This document shows positions 1 through 12,028 of a stretch of 64,000 nt of DNA, piece by piece. Position 1 is the stretch's first letter. Each line of letters begins with the position of its first letter. Position numbers and translations under genes: made by a program. Source of the stretch: Lama glama (Eukaryota). The DNA lies in the NCBI GenBank assembly GCA_028534125.1, contig CM052816.1:3040001-3104000 (forward strand), read 5' to 3'. The notes under the pieces were generated by a model, which worked only from the letters and a program-made list of their open reading frames with translations, did not search any database and had not been told where the DNA came from.

Positions 1-216
1 AGAATTGAGGGATGTAAGAGATTCTGTGGTAGCTTGAAGGGAACATGGTGACATGGAAAGCTAGATCAGCAAAGTAGGTTTCAGATGGGTCTCAGGGGCT
101 CATTAATAATATTGGATATTTTTTAAAGTGTGGTGCAAAAAATGGCTTCCTGAAATTACTATCAGTTGTTCTGTGGTTCTAACAGTTTAACGTTTTCCTC
201 ATTACTTAATTTCTAG

Positions 217-291
217 GAGGATCAACTGATTTATTTGGAGGATTTGCTGACTTTGGCTCAGTGGCTGCATCAGGCAGTTTCCCTTCCCAAG
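217..291 (+). CDS. CLINT1: CLINT1 (clathrin interactor 1/epsinR) internal coding exon; gene starts upstream of window
   Basis: ttctag|GAGGATCA...CCCAAG|gtatga; 75 nt encoding GSTDLFGGFADFGSVAASGSFPSQ; phase fits next exon. Confidence 0.93.
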
Positions 292-3200
292 GTATGATAC
301 GATTTGATTCGCCAAAAATCTAAGGACAGTGAAAACGTTACCAAAACAAAATAACTCTCCTGCCCCCCCAATCAGTTTCTTTTGGCCATTTTTCTACTTG
401 TAGTATTTATAATTCCTAATTCCCCAAGAATTTATTCACAAGGGTACTTTATTGGGCCAATATCGTGTATGTTCAAAATGAATTAATTTGGTTGCAAACT
501 ATTCAGGTACACCTAAATAAAATTGCTCTCATTCATAAGTGACTCTTGTTTAGATTTTTAGGGGAGTAGATGGGTAGGGATTATGAGTAAGTATAAATCT
601 CATGTTAGTAGAAAGAATATTATGGTTTATGTCTAGTGTATATGATTTTCATGAATGAAATTCAGGGATATTGGGATTGGGCAGACCATCTTACTAAATT
701 CATTTCTTTGTGATTCAGATGTTTTAAGAGAATTTCTATGAAAAATTCCTGAAATTCAGTTTGATACATCCTTAATAGTGAACAGTTAAATCTTGGGCAA
801 AAAAAAAAACCTTCCTCACTCCGTGTCACATTAGAAATTTAAAAATAACCTATATCTGTTGTTATCACTTCACAATATTTATAAATGTCAAATCATTATG
901 TTATCCACCTGAAACTAATGTTATATGTCCATTATACTCTGAATTAAAAAAAAAACCAACAAGGACTGAGGTGAAGGGCTTATATTTTTCCCCTTTTTTG
1001 TTAATATTTTTATCTTACTACCTCTGCCCTTTACTGTCTAACTTTATAAAAGCCTCTGAGCCTCCAGCTTTCTAAAGTTGAGAATAATGCTATTTGTCAT
1101 CATTCTTTTTAAGGATAGAGTAATGTTTATAGAAGTGTGCAGAATGTGGACTAAGTTCATTATTGTCTTTTAGGTTGTAAAGGGGTTGATTGTAGTGTTT
1201 TTTCTATAAAAGCTAGTCATTCTGAACTTTGAGAGATAATACAAAATTTTTAGCTAGAAAAATCATACATGAGGTGAAGCAAGGAGGAAAGATGTAGTCT
1301 AACTGAGTTAGTCTTATTAATTTTAAGTAGAGTTATCTATCCCTGTTATGTATTAATTAGATTGAAATTTATATTTAGTAACATCACGTTTAAGTTTGTG
1401 AGGATTTAGGAAGAAGGGTGCATAGATTTTAATGTAATTTGGGGTTATTTTGACAGCTTGTATAAATTCCAAGTATTTCCCAGAAACCAAAATTGTGAAG
1501 TAGTGAACTGCTTCATTTTAGAAGTGTGGTTATGCCTTCTAAGGGTTAATAACCTTACTTAGGGCAAATCAAAGTAGAGGATAAACATTGCCCTAATTTT
1601 ACAGACTGCCTGTGTAATTCTCAAAGTTTTTATGTGTATAAAATTGCCTGCTTTGCAAATAATTCAAATATGTTAATGTGGCTAAGTGATACTGGATCTC
1701 TTCATCTGTATGCACGTGATTAATATAACTTGATCTCCATTACGCAAGGGACTGAAACTGTTGCAACAATGATTAATCATTTCTGAACAATATATCCCCG
1801 ACTAGAAATCCCTTCCACCCATGATTAATCATCTCAGATAAAGTTTTCACATGGGGCAACACATTTTGCCCCAGTTTCCATTCTTACTCTGTTTTATAGC
1901 TCAAGCAAATAGAAAATCAGCAGAAAGTTTACCTTTATCAAGCAGTCTTTAAATTATTTAATATATAAAACTAACTGTAAATTCTTAATTCAGTCTCTTT
2001 TGTAAAGATCAGAGACATGTTTTAGTAAAACGGTGAGGAGTGAATATTAGCCCAGTTCTTGCATTAAATTGTTGGTAGAGCTTGGGGTTTCTACGTGAAT
2101 TATTTTCTTTTTTGAGGGTACTTACATTGTAATATGATAATAGAAGCATATAATCTTAAAGACAAATATTACTGTTCTCTTTTGATATTTAGCATAATGA
2201 GACACAGGATTACAGTGGTTGGTTACCTTTTAGGCTAGACAAAAATGTATTTCCAAGTTGTGAATGAACATGGAGTGCAAAGAAATAGTGTTAATTAACC
2301 TGAAGATATGTACTGTTCGCTTTCAGATGACAGTTTATATGTAGCTTTCACCTTTGCTTTTTTTCAACTCCATTAATTCATATTTATCTGCTTATCCTGT
2401 TCTTAAAGAAAAGTTTATTTACTTAATATAGCTTAGTTTTTAAAAAAAAATTCTAAGTATCACTTGCCTTTATATTTATTGTGTTCCAAATAGTTAATAT
2501 TATGTATGCAGAATTTCTAGAAGCTTGACTTACACTTTTATATGACATACCTAAAGGAGAGAAAGTGTGATGCTTTGGCTCTCCCTTGTCTTTTCACAAT
2601 TAATTCAAAATAACAATAAGAAACCTTAAATGGCACTTACTATATATTATTTAATCTTCACAACTTAGGTTTTTTAAAAAGTAAGGCACAGAGAGGTTTA
2701 AGTAGGGACACAAAATCAGTAGGGACAAAATCCATGCTCTTAAAATACTTCAGTCTATTAATTAACCTATCATCAATTTTTGTATTGAATGCATTAAATC
2801 TTAAACTAGTTATACTTTGAAGCATAGTGATAATTTTCTTTTTTTACATAATAGCTTGAGTTCCTCTCTTAAACTATACCCTGCTCTTCACTTAAATGGA
2901 TTGAACAGTCCCATTTGAAGCCAGCAATGTACTAAGATTATATATCATTGCTGTCTGTAGGCCTTGTGTTACCAGTGGAACATGGCCAAATGGGTGAGAA
3001 CTTCTTACAGAAATTTACTAATCCTACTCTTAATTTTATTGAGTTTTTCCCTCCATTTTTTAAAATGAATTTGGGATTTTATTTACATGAGATGGTATAA
3101 ATCAGTTTGATTTCTCTTTGAACCTTTCCAAATAATGAGTGAACAGAATGAGTTGAATTCTCTGATTTTACTGAGTTACTCCTTCATGAGGATTCTGGAT

Positions 3201-3580
3201 CTCCCAGCAAAAAGTTTATCCAGTTCAGTTTTCTTCTTGTTTTTTGGGGTCTCAGGCTAGTTCACATTTGTTAAGCTAGAAACATATTTGACGTGCAAAC
3301 TTATGTTGAAGGGAAGTTTTGATTGTAATCTTCATGTGTCACTTTCAACGCCAAGAGATGAATTTCACTTTATATGTGGAAGTTTTATTTTTTTTCTTTG
3401 CCACCTTGTTAACACTCGTGGAATATTCATGAGAAAGAATATTGTCCAGATGGAGATGGTACCTGCAGATGTTAATCTGGATGGACACAGATCAGCTCTA
3501 ATTTGTTTCAGTTGGTAGATTGTTGTATTTGCTCTGTGCATTTCAGAAGCTTTTGTACACTTAACGTTCTTCTTTCTCAG

Positions 3581-3873
3581 TAACAGCAACAAGTGGGAAT
3601 GGAGACTTTGGAGACTGGAGTGCCTTCAACCAAGCCCCATCAGGCCCTGTCGCTGCCAGTGGTGAGCTCTTTGGCAGTGCCTCACAGCCGGCCGTAGAAC
3701 TTGTCAGTGGCTCACAACCAGCATTAGGCCCACCTCCAGCTGCCTCAAATTCGTCAGACCTATTTGATCTTATGGGCTCTTCCCAGGCAGCCATGACATC
3801 CTCCCAGAGTATGAATTTCTCTATGATGAGCACTAATGCTGTAGGGCTGGGTTTGCCCATGTCAAGATCACAG
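3581..3873 (+). CDS. CLINT1: CLINT1 coding exon
   Basis: ctcag|TAACAGCAACA...AGATCACAG|gtaagt; encodes (V)TATSGNGDFGDWSAFNQAPSGP...DLFDLMG...GLGLPMSRSQ. Confidence 0.95.
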
Positions 3874-4556
3874 GTAAGTTGTCTGCTTCCCTTGGAAATT
3901 GTAATTTATAATCTTTGATGTGCTCTAATTAAGGCAGATTAGCATAATACAGAAAAATAAGCACGTTGCATTTAACTTATTATGCCCTTTTCCCTGGTAT
4001 GGTCATTTGGGTTCTCCAGGGCAAAGCCTTCTCCCCCGTCCTGCAGTCCATGCAAAGCCAAGCATGGTGCCTTGCACGGAGGAGGCATTTGCTAAAAACT
4101 TATTGAATAAATAAACAAATTAATAGTTTAAAAAATTGTTTTTAAGAGGAAGGAATAGAGATACATTGCTAATATAGAAAATTATTCTCTAAAATAATGA
4201 ATGTTCTTTTCTATTATAGGCCTGCTTTACATTATATGATGTTTATACAGGCTCTCCTTTCAACTCATTTTCAAAAAGAAAACTATATGGGAACTTTTAA
4301 TAATTAAATCTGAATTACCTAATACTAGCTGAGAATTCGAGCAAATGCAGGGTGTCAGATTCTGTGTCTGGGCTGTACCAGGAACTTGCTATTTTTGACT
4401 GATGCTGTTCAGAATATTTGTTTATGATGCTAGTTACTCATTTTAATGTGTAGATTCTCCTCTTTTGTGTGTTAGGATGAAGGAAGAGAAGAAAGAAGCA
4501 GAAAGGTGATCTGTATAACAGATATTAGACCTAACATTAAGAAAAAGGCCATGAAA

Positions 4557-4720
4557 GGTGTGGTGGGTATAGCTCAGTGGTAGAGTGCCTGCTTAGCATG
4601 CACGAGGTCCTGGGTTCAATCCCCAGTACCTCCACTAAGAAATAATAAAATAAATAAACCTAATTACCTCCCCCCCCTCACACACACACACACACACACA
4701 CAAATTAAAACAAAGGAAAA
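4557..4720 (+). mobile_element. Vic-1-type tRNA-Ala-derived SINE
   Basis: tRNA-Ala-like head 4563-4634 with A and B boxes, then A-rich, poly-C and (CA)n tail; three more copies in window. Confidence 0.85.
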
Positions 4721-5487
4721 GGCTACACCAGTACCATTAAATTAAATCATGCATCACTGAACAAGCCCGAGCCAGTTTATTCTTTGAATTTCTTTCCTAC
4801 GATCTAAGCAGAAAGCCATTCTACTTATTTGTAATCTTAATTGCAACTATGTTGTGATTCTTTGCATTGGTACATTTTTAATTATTCCTCCTATTCCTCT
4901 TCTTTCCCCTTTTTCTATCCTTATCACAGTTGTCCTGGTAGTAACTGCCAGGCACCTCTGCTTCTTTCTCCTGAATTTCTCCTTTCTCCTGAATTGGTCC
5001 ACATTATGTCAAGTTCTCACTAGTGTTGCTCACTTCAGACGGATTAGGGATATGTCAGTCAGGATATGTGAAATACAATTTGCTATTTTGATGGTTTTGC
5101 CTTTTATAACATGAGAAATCTTACCCTGTATTCCATCTTGTGAGAATAAATTTCCACTTGTATATTTCCTTAAAGCTGTACTCACCTCAAGTTGGTAGTT
5201 GCCCTGGGATGGTGGCTTCTAGACTTGGAGTGATGGAAGGATAATTGTTAGTGTGATAGGTTAGTTTTTTTCCTCACCCCCAACATGATTTGAACTTCAG
5301 AGGAACATTTTCTGGAGGCTAGTGATTCAGGATACTGAAGACCTTAGCATCAAACATTTGTGGTTCTTTTTGGCTTCAAGAGTTTATTATGAAATCTAAT
5401 ATGTATTTGGAGTTACTGATTAAACTGACATGTGATAATCTTTATAGAGCAGATGCTTAATTTTTAGAACATTTTTCTATTTTCCAG

Positions 5488-5692
5488 CCTTTGCAAAATG
5501 TTAACACAGGGCTGCAGAAGCCTAATCCTCTCTATAATCAGAATACAGATATGGTCCAGAAGTCAGTCAGCAAAACCCTGCCCTCTACTTGGTCTGACCC
5601 CAGTGTAAACATCAGCCTAGACAACTTACTACCTGGTATGCAGCCTTCCAAACCCCAGCAGCCATCGCTGAATACAATGATTCAACAACAGA
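5488..5692 (+). CDS. CLINT1: CLINT1 penultimate coding exon (long form; alternative in-frame acceptor at 5542)
   Basis: tttccag|CCTTTGCAA; encodes PLQNVNTGLQKPNPLYNQ-NTDMVQKSVSKTLPSTWSDPSVNISLDNLLPGMQPSKPQQPSLNTMIQQQ; donor CAGA|gtaagt. Confidence 0.92.
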
Positions 5693-6616
5693 GTAAGTTA
5701 CCACAGGAGCCCCACTCCCTCGTGTACTTGTACTCTCTTGCCCTATGCCAGGACTGCTTCAAGCCCTAAAATAAAAATCCTTAGGGCAGATTGTACTGAA
5801 AGCAACTGTGTGTGAATTACTTTGTATTCTATTCTTGGCATGATAACATTTACTATATTGTGATGAGTTTGGGGAGCCTGATCACTAAAATTAAACAATT
5901 TTTGTAGAACAGCTTTTTAATAGAGGCAAATATGTCAAGGAATCAAAAACTGTCTAAACTCCATAATCCAGGTATAATCACCATTAATTCATATTTCTTT
6001 CCGTCTTTTTTAACCACATTTTTAATATTTGAGATCATTCTGTCTATATTTTGTTTCTTGTTATTCTCATTCAACATTATTTTTCCTGTGTTGAATATTC
6101 TTAACAAAATATGATTTTTTGATCTTTCTAGTTATTCATCATATCAGTGTACAATTCCTTGTTATTGGTTATTTCCAGCTTTTTCCTATTATAAATAACT
6201 CCATGGTTTTGTATAAGTCTTTCTAGTTGTGATTTTTTTTCCTTAATATAATGTCCTAAAAATAGAATGAGTCAAAGGATATAAACTTTTTAAGGTTTTT
6301 GATACAGATAGCTCTTGACAACTTGTTAAGTCGGATTGAATAATAGATTTTATAGAAATAATTTTAACGTGCCTCATGTTTTCTCCAGCCCACTCTCACT
6401 ATTTCTACATCTTTGGAAACCAGAGCTAACATAACAGCCACTGAATGTTTCTCAAGAGTAAACAACCCAAGTTAATTGACTTCTCTTATAAAGTCACTGT
6501 AAAGTAATTTTATTGGGGGTTCCAAGTATTGATAGTTAGGAAGATTGTATTATTTTTGCTCTACGAATCTAAGAATTCAGTGTAGTAAAATTCTTTTGTC
6601 TTTTTTCTTCTGGTAG

Positions 6617-6963
6617 ATATGCAACAGCCTATGAATGTGATGACCCAAAGTTTTGGAGCTGTGAACCTCAGTTCTCCATCAAACATGCTTCCTGTCCGGC
6701 CCCAAACTAACCCTTTGTTGGGAGGACCCATGCCTATGAGCATGCCCAGTGTGATGACTGGCTCCATGGGAATGGCCCCTCTTGGAAATAGTCCGCTAAT
6801 GAACCAGAGCATGATGGGCATGAACATGAACATAGGGATGTCAGCTGCTGGGATGGGCCTGACAGGCACAATGGGAGTGGGCATGCCCAACCTAGCCATG
6901 GCTTCTGGAACTGTGCAACCCAAGCAAGATGCCTTTGCAAATTTCGCCAACTTTAGCAAATAA
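6617..6963 (+). CDS. CLINT1: CLINT1 last coding exon, Met-rich C-terminal domain
   Basis: Pyrimidine tract + tggtag|ATATGCAA; ends QPKQDAFANFANFSK-TAA (6961-6963), the recognisable CLINT1 C-terminus. Confidence 0.96.
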
Positions 6964-8350
6964 GAGATTATAAAGGAGCAGATTGAATGAAGGATTTCTA
7001 GTGGTGCAGATAGGTGATGTTGGGATGGAAAATGCTAATGAACTCCTCTTTCTTTTATCAGTTAATTAAAATAAATCTACATTAAGAACCAAAAAGGCTC
7101 TTTTATAAAAGTGAAATATCTAGTACTTCAGATGGCCAGGCAAGGGCACTTCAGATGAGGCAGGCAGAATCATTTTTCCCAGTGAGAACAGACCACAGAT
7201 GGGGTAGTGAGACCGTTGAAAGCCTCTACACATTGAAGAGCCCATTTTAATGTAATTTGTGGGAAGACTAGAATAGGGCTGAATAAATGTGTTTGAATCT
7301 CTAATTTTATACTTTTCTTTCCTGAGGAACTTGATTTTTCTGTCCCTGAATCGCCTTGTCACAATTGGGTCTGTTCCTTTACTACCACTCTTGAGTCCAT
7401 ATATGAAATCATTAAAGTTGGATGATCAGTTTTTTATAAAAATATATATTTTTGTCCAAAAAAGGCATACATATGTGATTATGGCTAAATCAAAGGTAAC
7501 TGGAATGTATATACTTTTGCTAATGTTCCAGCAACACTGCTATTATACTATCCAAATTTTTATTGTAACAAAACTTCTTTAAGCAATTGGTGATAGCTTT
7601 GGGACTTCTCCCATATCTTCTGCTATAATTATCTTGTGCAGAACTAGGAAGAACATTTTTTTTTCAGGACTGCTCTATGGTTTCCTTTAAAAGAAAAAAA
7701 AAAACCTCCAGTTTTTTTGTTTTTAGCAGTCATTACTTTTACATTTTGCAGTGATTAACTTGGCAGGGCTCCTTCAGTGTTTATCCTGGTAGGCACCATG
7801 TAACAGTCAGGAAAAGTCAAAAGAGAAAAATATTTATTTTTATTTTTTTGGTACCTTTTCAAAAAATTGAAAAGGTAAAAATCCATTGAAACCTTAAGTT
7901 AAATATAAATGTTAGAACTCAACAATGTTGGCTTTTAGATTTTATACAGTATTTGTTTTGGTTTTGAGTGTATATAATGTGGCATTAGCAATATGGTTCC
8001 AATAGAGAGGAGTTAAATATATATTATTAAAGGAGACCTGTAGCAGTCAAAGATTTTATTGATTTAATGGAAAATAAAGGAAATTAATTAAAGTGTTTCT
8101 GTTTTCCTGCTGTAATTCTGCATTAAGCTCACATGAAAATCTTGATTTTAGAGTTTGGAATGCAAAATTGTTTCACCCTCAAGCTGGGAATATTTTTTAA
8201 AATAAATACTATAATATAGGTATCAAATTATTACCTTCCCACTTTTGTGTTGAAATTTTTTTATTAAATTGATGAAATTTTGTTTCCATTGTATTCATAA
8301 AGTTCTGTTATACATAACATTAAACTGTTCATTAAAATCAATGTTGAACT
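6964..8350 (+). other. CLINT1: CLINT1 3' UTR (end approximate)
   Basis: AU-rich, no obvious repeats; AATAAA 8201-8206, ATTAAA 8319-8324 and 8331-8336 followed by U-rich sequence. Confidence 0.65.
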
Positions 8351-10599
8351 GCTTTTTCTTTCATTATGTTAGACATTTGAGACCGTTTGGGGAAAAAATA
8401 ATTATAATTTGGGCAAAGTAATTTTTATAAATAATTTAAAATTATTTAATGACTTCTCTATTCTTTCCTATCAGATTCTACTGTTAGGGATTAAAAATGA
8501 AGCAGTTAAGATATCCTGACCTGCTCCATTCTTGCTAATGTTCCATCTACAACATTTCTAATTAGGCAGAAACTCATGTACTTCAGCTAAGCAGTAATGA
8601 AAAGTGATTCATTTGCTGAATAAGAGATGAGAGAGAGTGTAATTAGCTGACTGTGGTTTTTAATCTTTCAACAATTCAATGTGTTTAAATTAGTTTCAAA
8701 GAATAGGAGCTTTCAAGTGTTGTTACTTCAGAGCAGTCAAGCCAGGCTCTGGTGGCAGCATGAAGAATATCTTCGGTGATACTTAAAACTCGTAATCTTA
8801 AATGAATTTCTTCTTTAAATTGAGGGGTATAGCATCACCTTTTCAAATATAGATGTTCTTAAATAAATATTTTGTTCTAAATTTTTGTGTTTAAAATTTT
8901 TTTTCTAATAAAATTAAGATTTATCTCTAAAGCATTTTCTGTACTATGCCTTCTGCCAACGTTGTGTCTCTGAGGACAGAAGGGAGCCCCCACCTCAGTT
9001 ATGACTGCACCTCAACACACAGTTTGGTGTCATTTTTTGTTTCAGAGCCTATGAAAGAACAGAAGAATTACCTCGCTGGGGGTCCATTCAGTGTAATGAT
9101 TTGTCTCTGAAGGGTTACAAGTGGCACTTAAAAGGTGTGACTACCCCAAAATAATGTGGAGGTGGCAAGAAAATACTCCCTACTAACCTGTTGGGCTCCC
9201 TTTTGCCTACCCTATACCCACATCTTGCTCTTTCAACGGCTTCTCTGTTGTATCTATTTTTCATTTTGCCTAATATTTGGGAGAGGAGGGGAGGAGCTAC
9301 TGTTCTAGCAATTTACCTGTGATGATGTGTGAACCTCCACTGCCACTCCAGATTCATTTTTTTCCCTCTTGAAATTTCTTTTTTGCTTCTCTGACACAAT
9401 CTTCAGGAACCATAAATGTACATAGTGGCCCTGCACAGTACTTGGGATGATGCACATCCTGCTCCTGGTTCGGGGCTAGTCATTAACCAGTTGAGGCCGG
9501 TAGTTACATCTAGAGAGAAGGGTTAATACTTCTCTTCTTCTCCAATATTTATGAAACAGTAAATAAAACTTAACTGCCCTAAGCACAGAACACACCTTAC
9601 GGTAAACAGATTTCTGAAATAAACTGGCTTTGTGTTTCAGCTCTCTGGGGACAGAGCCCTGCACTGAGGAAAGAGCATGGACTTGGAAGCAGACAGATTT
9701 CATCCCGCTTCAACCCCCCCCCCCACTACCTGTGTGACACCTTCATCGATTTATCTGACTTGTCCGGGCCCTAATACATTTTTTTCTGAAATGAACTTAA
9801 AAATCTGGAAGTGTTGGGTAATTAAATGATGCGTGAGATTCAGTGGCACTGACTGACATGTATATTCTGTAAACGTTTCTCTGCTTCGTTTTCACTCATG
9901 AAGATGTGCTGGCATGTCAAGAACTTTGTATGTGCTCCTGTGCCAACCATTTCACATCTCACATCCTGAAAGCGGCGGATAGTTAAAGCCAGACAGACTT
10001 ACTACCAAGCTGATTTCTAATGGAGGATTTTCCTATCTGCGTTGAGTTCTTCCTTTTTTCAACAGACGGGGAAATTGTCAATGAGCTGTTCTGTGACTGT
10101 ACTGACTCACTTCTACTTGCCACTTCAGTGCAGGTGTGAGGGAGAGAACGATGAAGGTGTGCTCTCGACCTGCCACACAGATAACCCTCATCAGAATGTC
10201 CTTAGCTTTTAGAAGCAGTAAAGATCTTGATTTTTCTATTGACTTCATGCAGTTCTGTTGACTATGTTCTTGTTACTCTAATACCCAGAGAAGAAATCTG
10301 ACATAAAGACTTAAAAAATCCATGAAAGAGGATTTTTTTTTTTTTTTTTACTTTTAACTCGTTATGACCTTAATTCTGGAGTATCTTCCGTCTCTGATAG
10401 TGGCAGCCTGGCTAATAACGCGCTGTTCTCACAGACGTAGCTCCTGGCTCCCCTTCACGCCTCGGCTTACCTCAGTGGGTGAGCAGTCACCATGCAGCCG
10501 GTTCAAACGCTTAGCTTCCCAGAGAGTTTGGAGGGATTCGAAAGTCCTGATGGGCAAACACAATTTTCATTTGTTACTCTTCAAATGTCATTACTTTAA

Positions 10600-11100
10600 A
10601 TAACTGAGTCCTGAACTATGAAACCCAGTATTTCCTTTCCATTTCATAATGAGATAAGGGCGCCTAGAGTTGGTATTTGAAGCAGTTTGATCCCCAGACC
10701 CCTTTAATGCCATTAAAATTACTGACGACCCCAGGGAGCGTTTGTTTAGTGGGTCATATCTATTGATACTTACTGTATTTGAAATAAAAACTGAGAAACT
10801 TTTAAAACATTCACTGGTTTTTACAATAACAAGCCCATTGCCTGCCAAATTAGTTTTATTTAAAATGTTTTTCAAAATAAATTTTTGTGAGAAGAGTGAC
10901 ACTGTTTTGCATTTCTAAAAATCTTATTACCTGGCATAAGAGAACACAGCTGGATTATTTCTGCATTCAGTCTGCTGTGCCATGTCGTTTTGGTGGAAGT
11001 ACATGAAACAGGTCTGGCCTCAGGAATATGTGGTTGGAAAAGGCGGGAACTTGCAGTTCCCTTGGAAGGGTCTCAGGGCTCCCCAGTGGTCCTCAGGCTG
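10600..11100. mobile_element. Degenerate hAT-Charlie DNA transposon fragment (MER119/Charlie1-like)
   Basis: ttctgcattcagtctg...tttggtggaagtacatgaa...gttggaaaagg...gggtctcagggctcccc resembles recalled Charlie-family consensus; boundaries approximate. Confidence 0.45.
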
Positions 11101-11357
11101 CTGCTGTCTGTTGAGAATTAACAGATAAATATTTCCTAGAAACTATGAATCCATTTACTTGATTTATTCTGTTTATAACAGCTGACCTGCTTGAGGTACA
11201 AAGAATTTCGTTTCGTCTTTCATTTTAGTCACAAGCAAAATGCCTGTCATATGAAATTGCTTTCTGGATATTGAATATTAAAAACTGATGACACCATTAG
11301 TGTTTCTTCTTTTTCTTTTTCTTTTCTTTTTCTTTTTTTTTTTTTTTTTGAGAGGAG

Positions 11358-11620
11358 GATATATATACCCAGGAGTAGAATTACTGGGTCATATGGTAGT
11401 TCTATTATTCATTTCTTGAGGAAACGCCATACTGTTTTCCACGGTGGTTGCACCAATTTACATTCCCACCAACAATGCATGAAGTTTCCCTTTTGTCCAA
11501 TCCTCAAAACACTAATTCAAAAAGAACGTGCACCCAAATGTTCACAGCAGCACTACTTTACAACAGCCAAGACATGGAAGCAACCTAAGTGTCCACTGAC
11601 AGCTGACTGGAAAATGTTGT

Positions 11621-11663
<43 letters not shown>

Positions 11664-12028
11664 GAAATACTACTAGGTCATAAAAATGAGATTTTACCAT
11701 TTGCAGCAACATGGATGGATTTGGAGGGCATTATGCTAAGTGAAATAAGTCAGAAAGACAAATGCTGTATGTTATCATTTTTATGTGAAATCTGAAAAAT
11801 CAACAAACTAGTGAGTATAAGAAAAAAGCAGACTCGCAGTGAACAAACTAGTGGTTACCAGTGGACGGGAGGGGCCCACAGGGATGGGGAAGTGGGAGGC
11901 ACAAACTGTCGGGTGTAAGATGGGCTACAGGGGTGTATTATGCAACACAGGAAACAGAGCCAATACTTTGTAATATCTATAAATGGAGTGTAACCTTTAA
12001 AAATTGTATAAAAAAGTTAAAAAAAATA
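11358..12028 (+). mobile_element. 5'-truncated, 5'-inverted LINE-1 3' end
   Basis: 11358-11505 antisense L1 ORF2 end; 11506-12028 sense (KTWKQPKCP remnant, 3' UTR, A tail); internal (CA)n 11623-11661. Confidence 0.85.

Noticed and set aside
1559..1596. 9-bp inverted repeat TTAGGGCAA/TTGCCCTAA
   Set aside because: Short enough to occur by chance; no other support
4563..4634. Bona fide tRNA-Ala gene
   Set aside because: Stem mismatches, SINE tail, no oligo-T terminator, and sibling copies with TSDs indicate a SINE
6561..6959. 132-aa antisense ORF (also 3561-3860, 30762-31106, 47540-48045)
   Set aside because: Shadow frames of real coding exons
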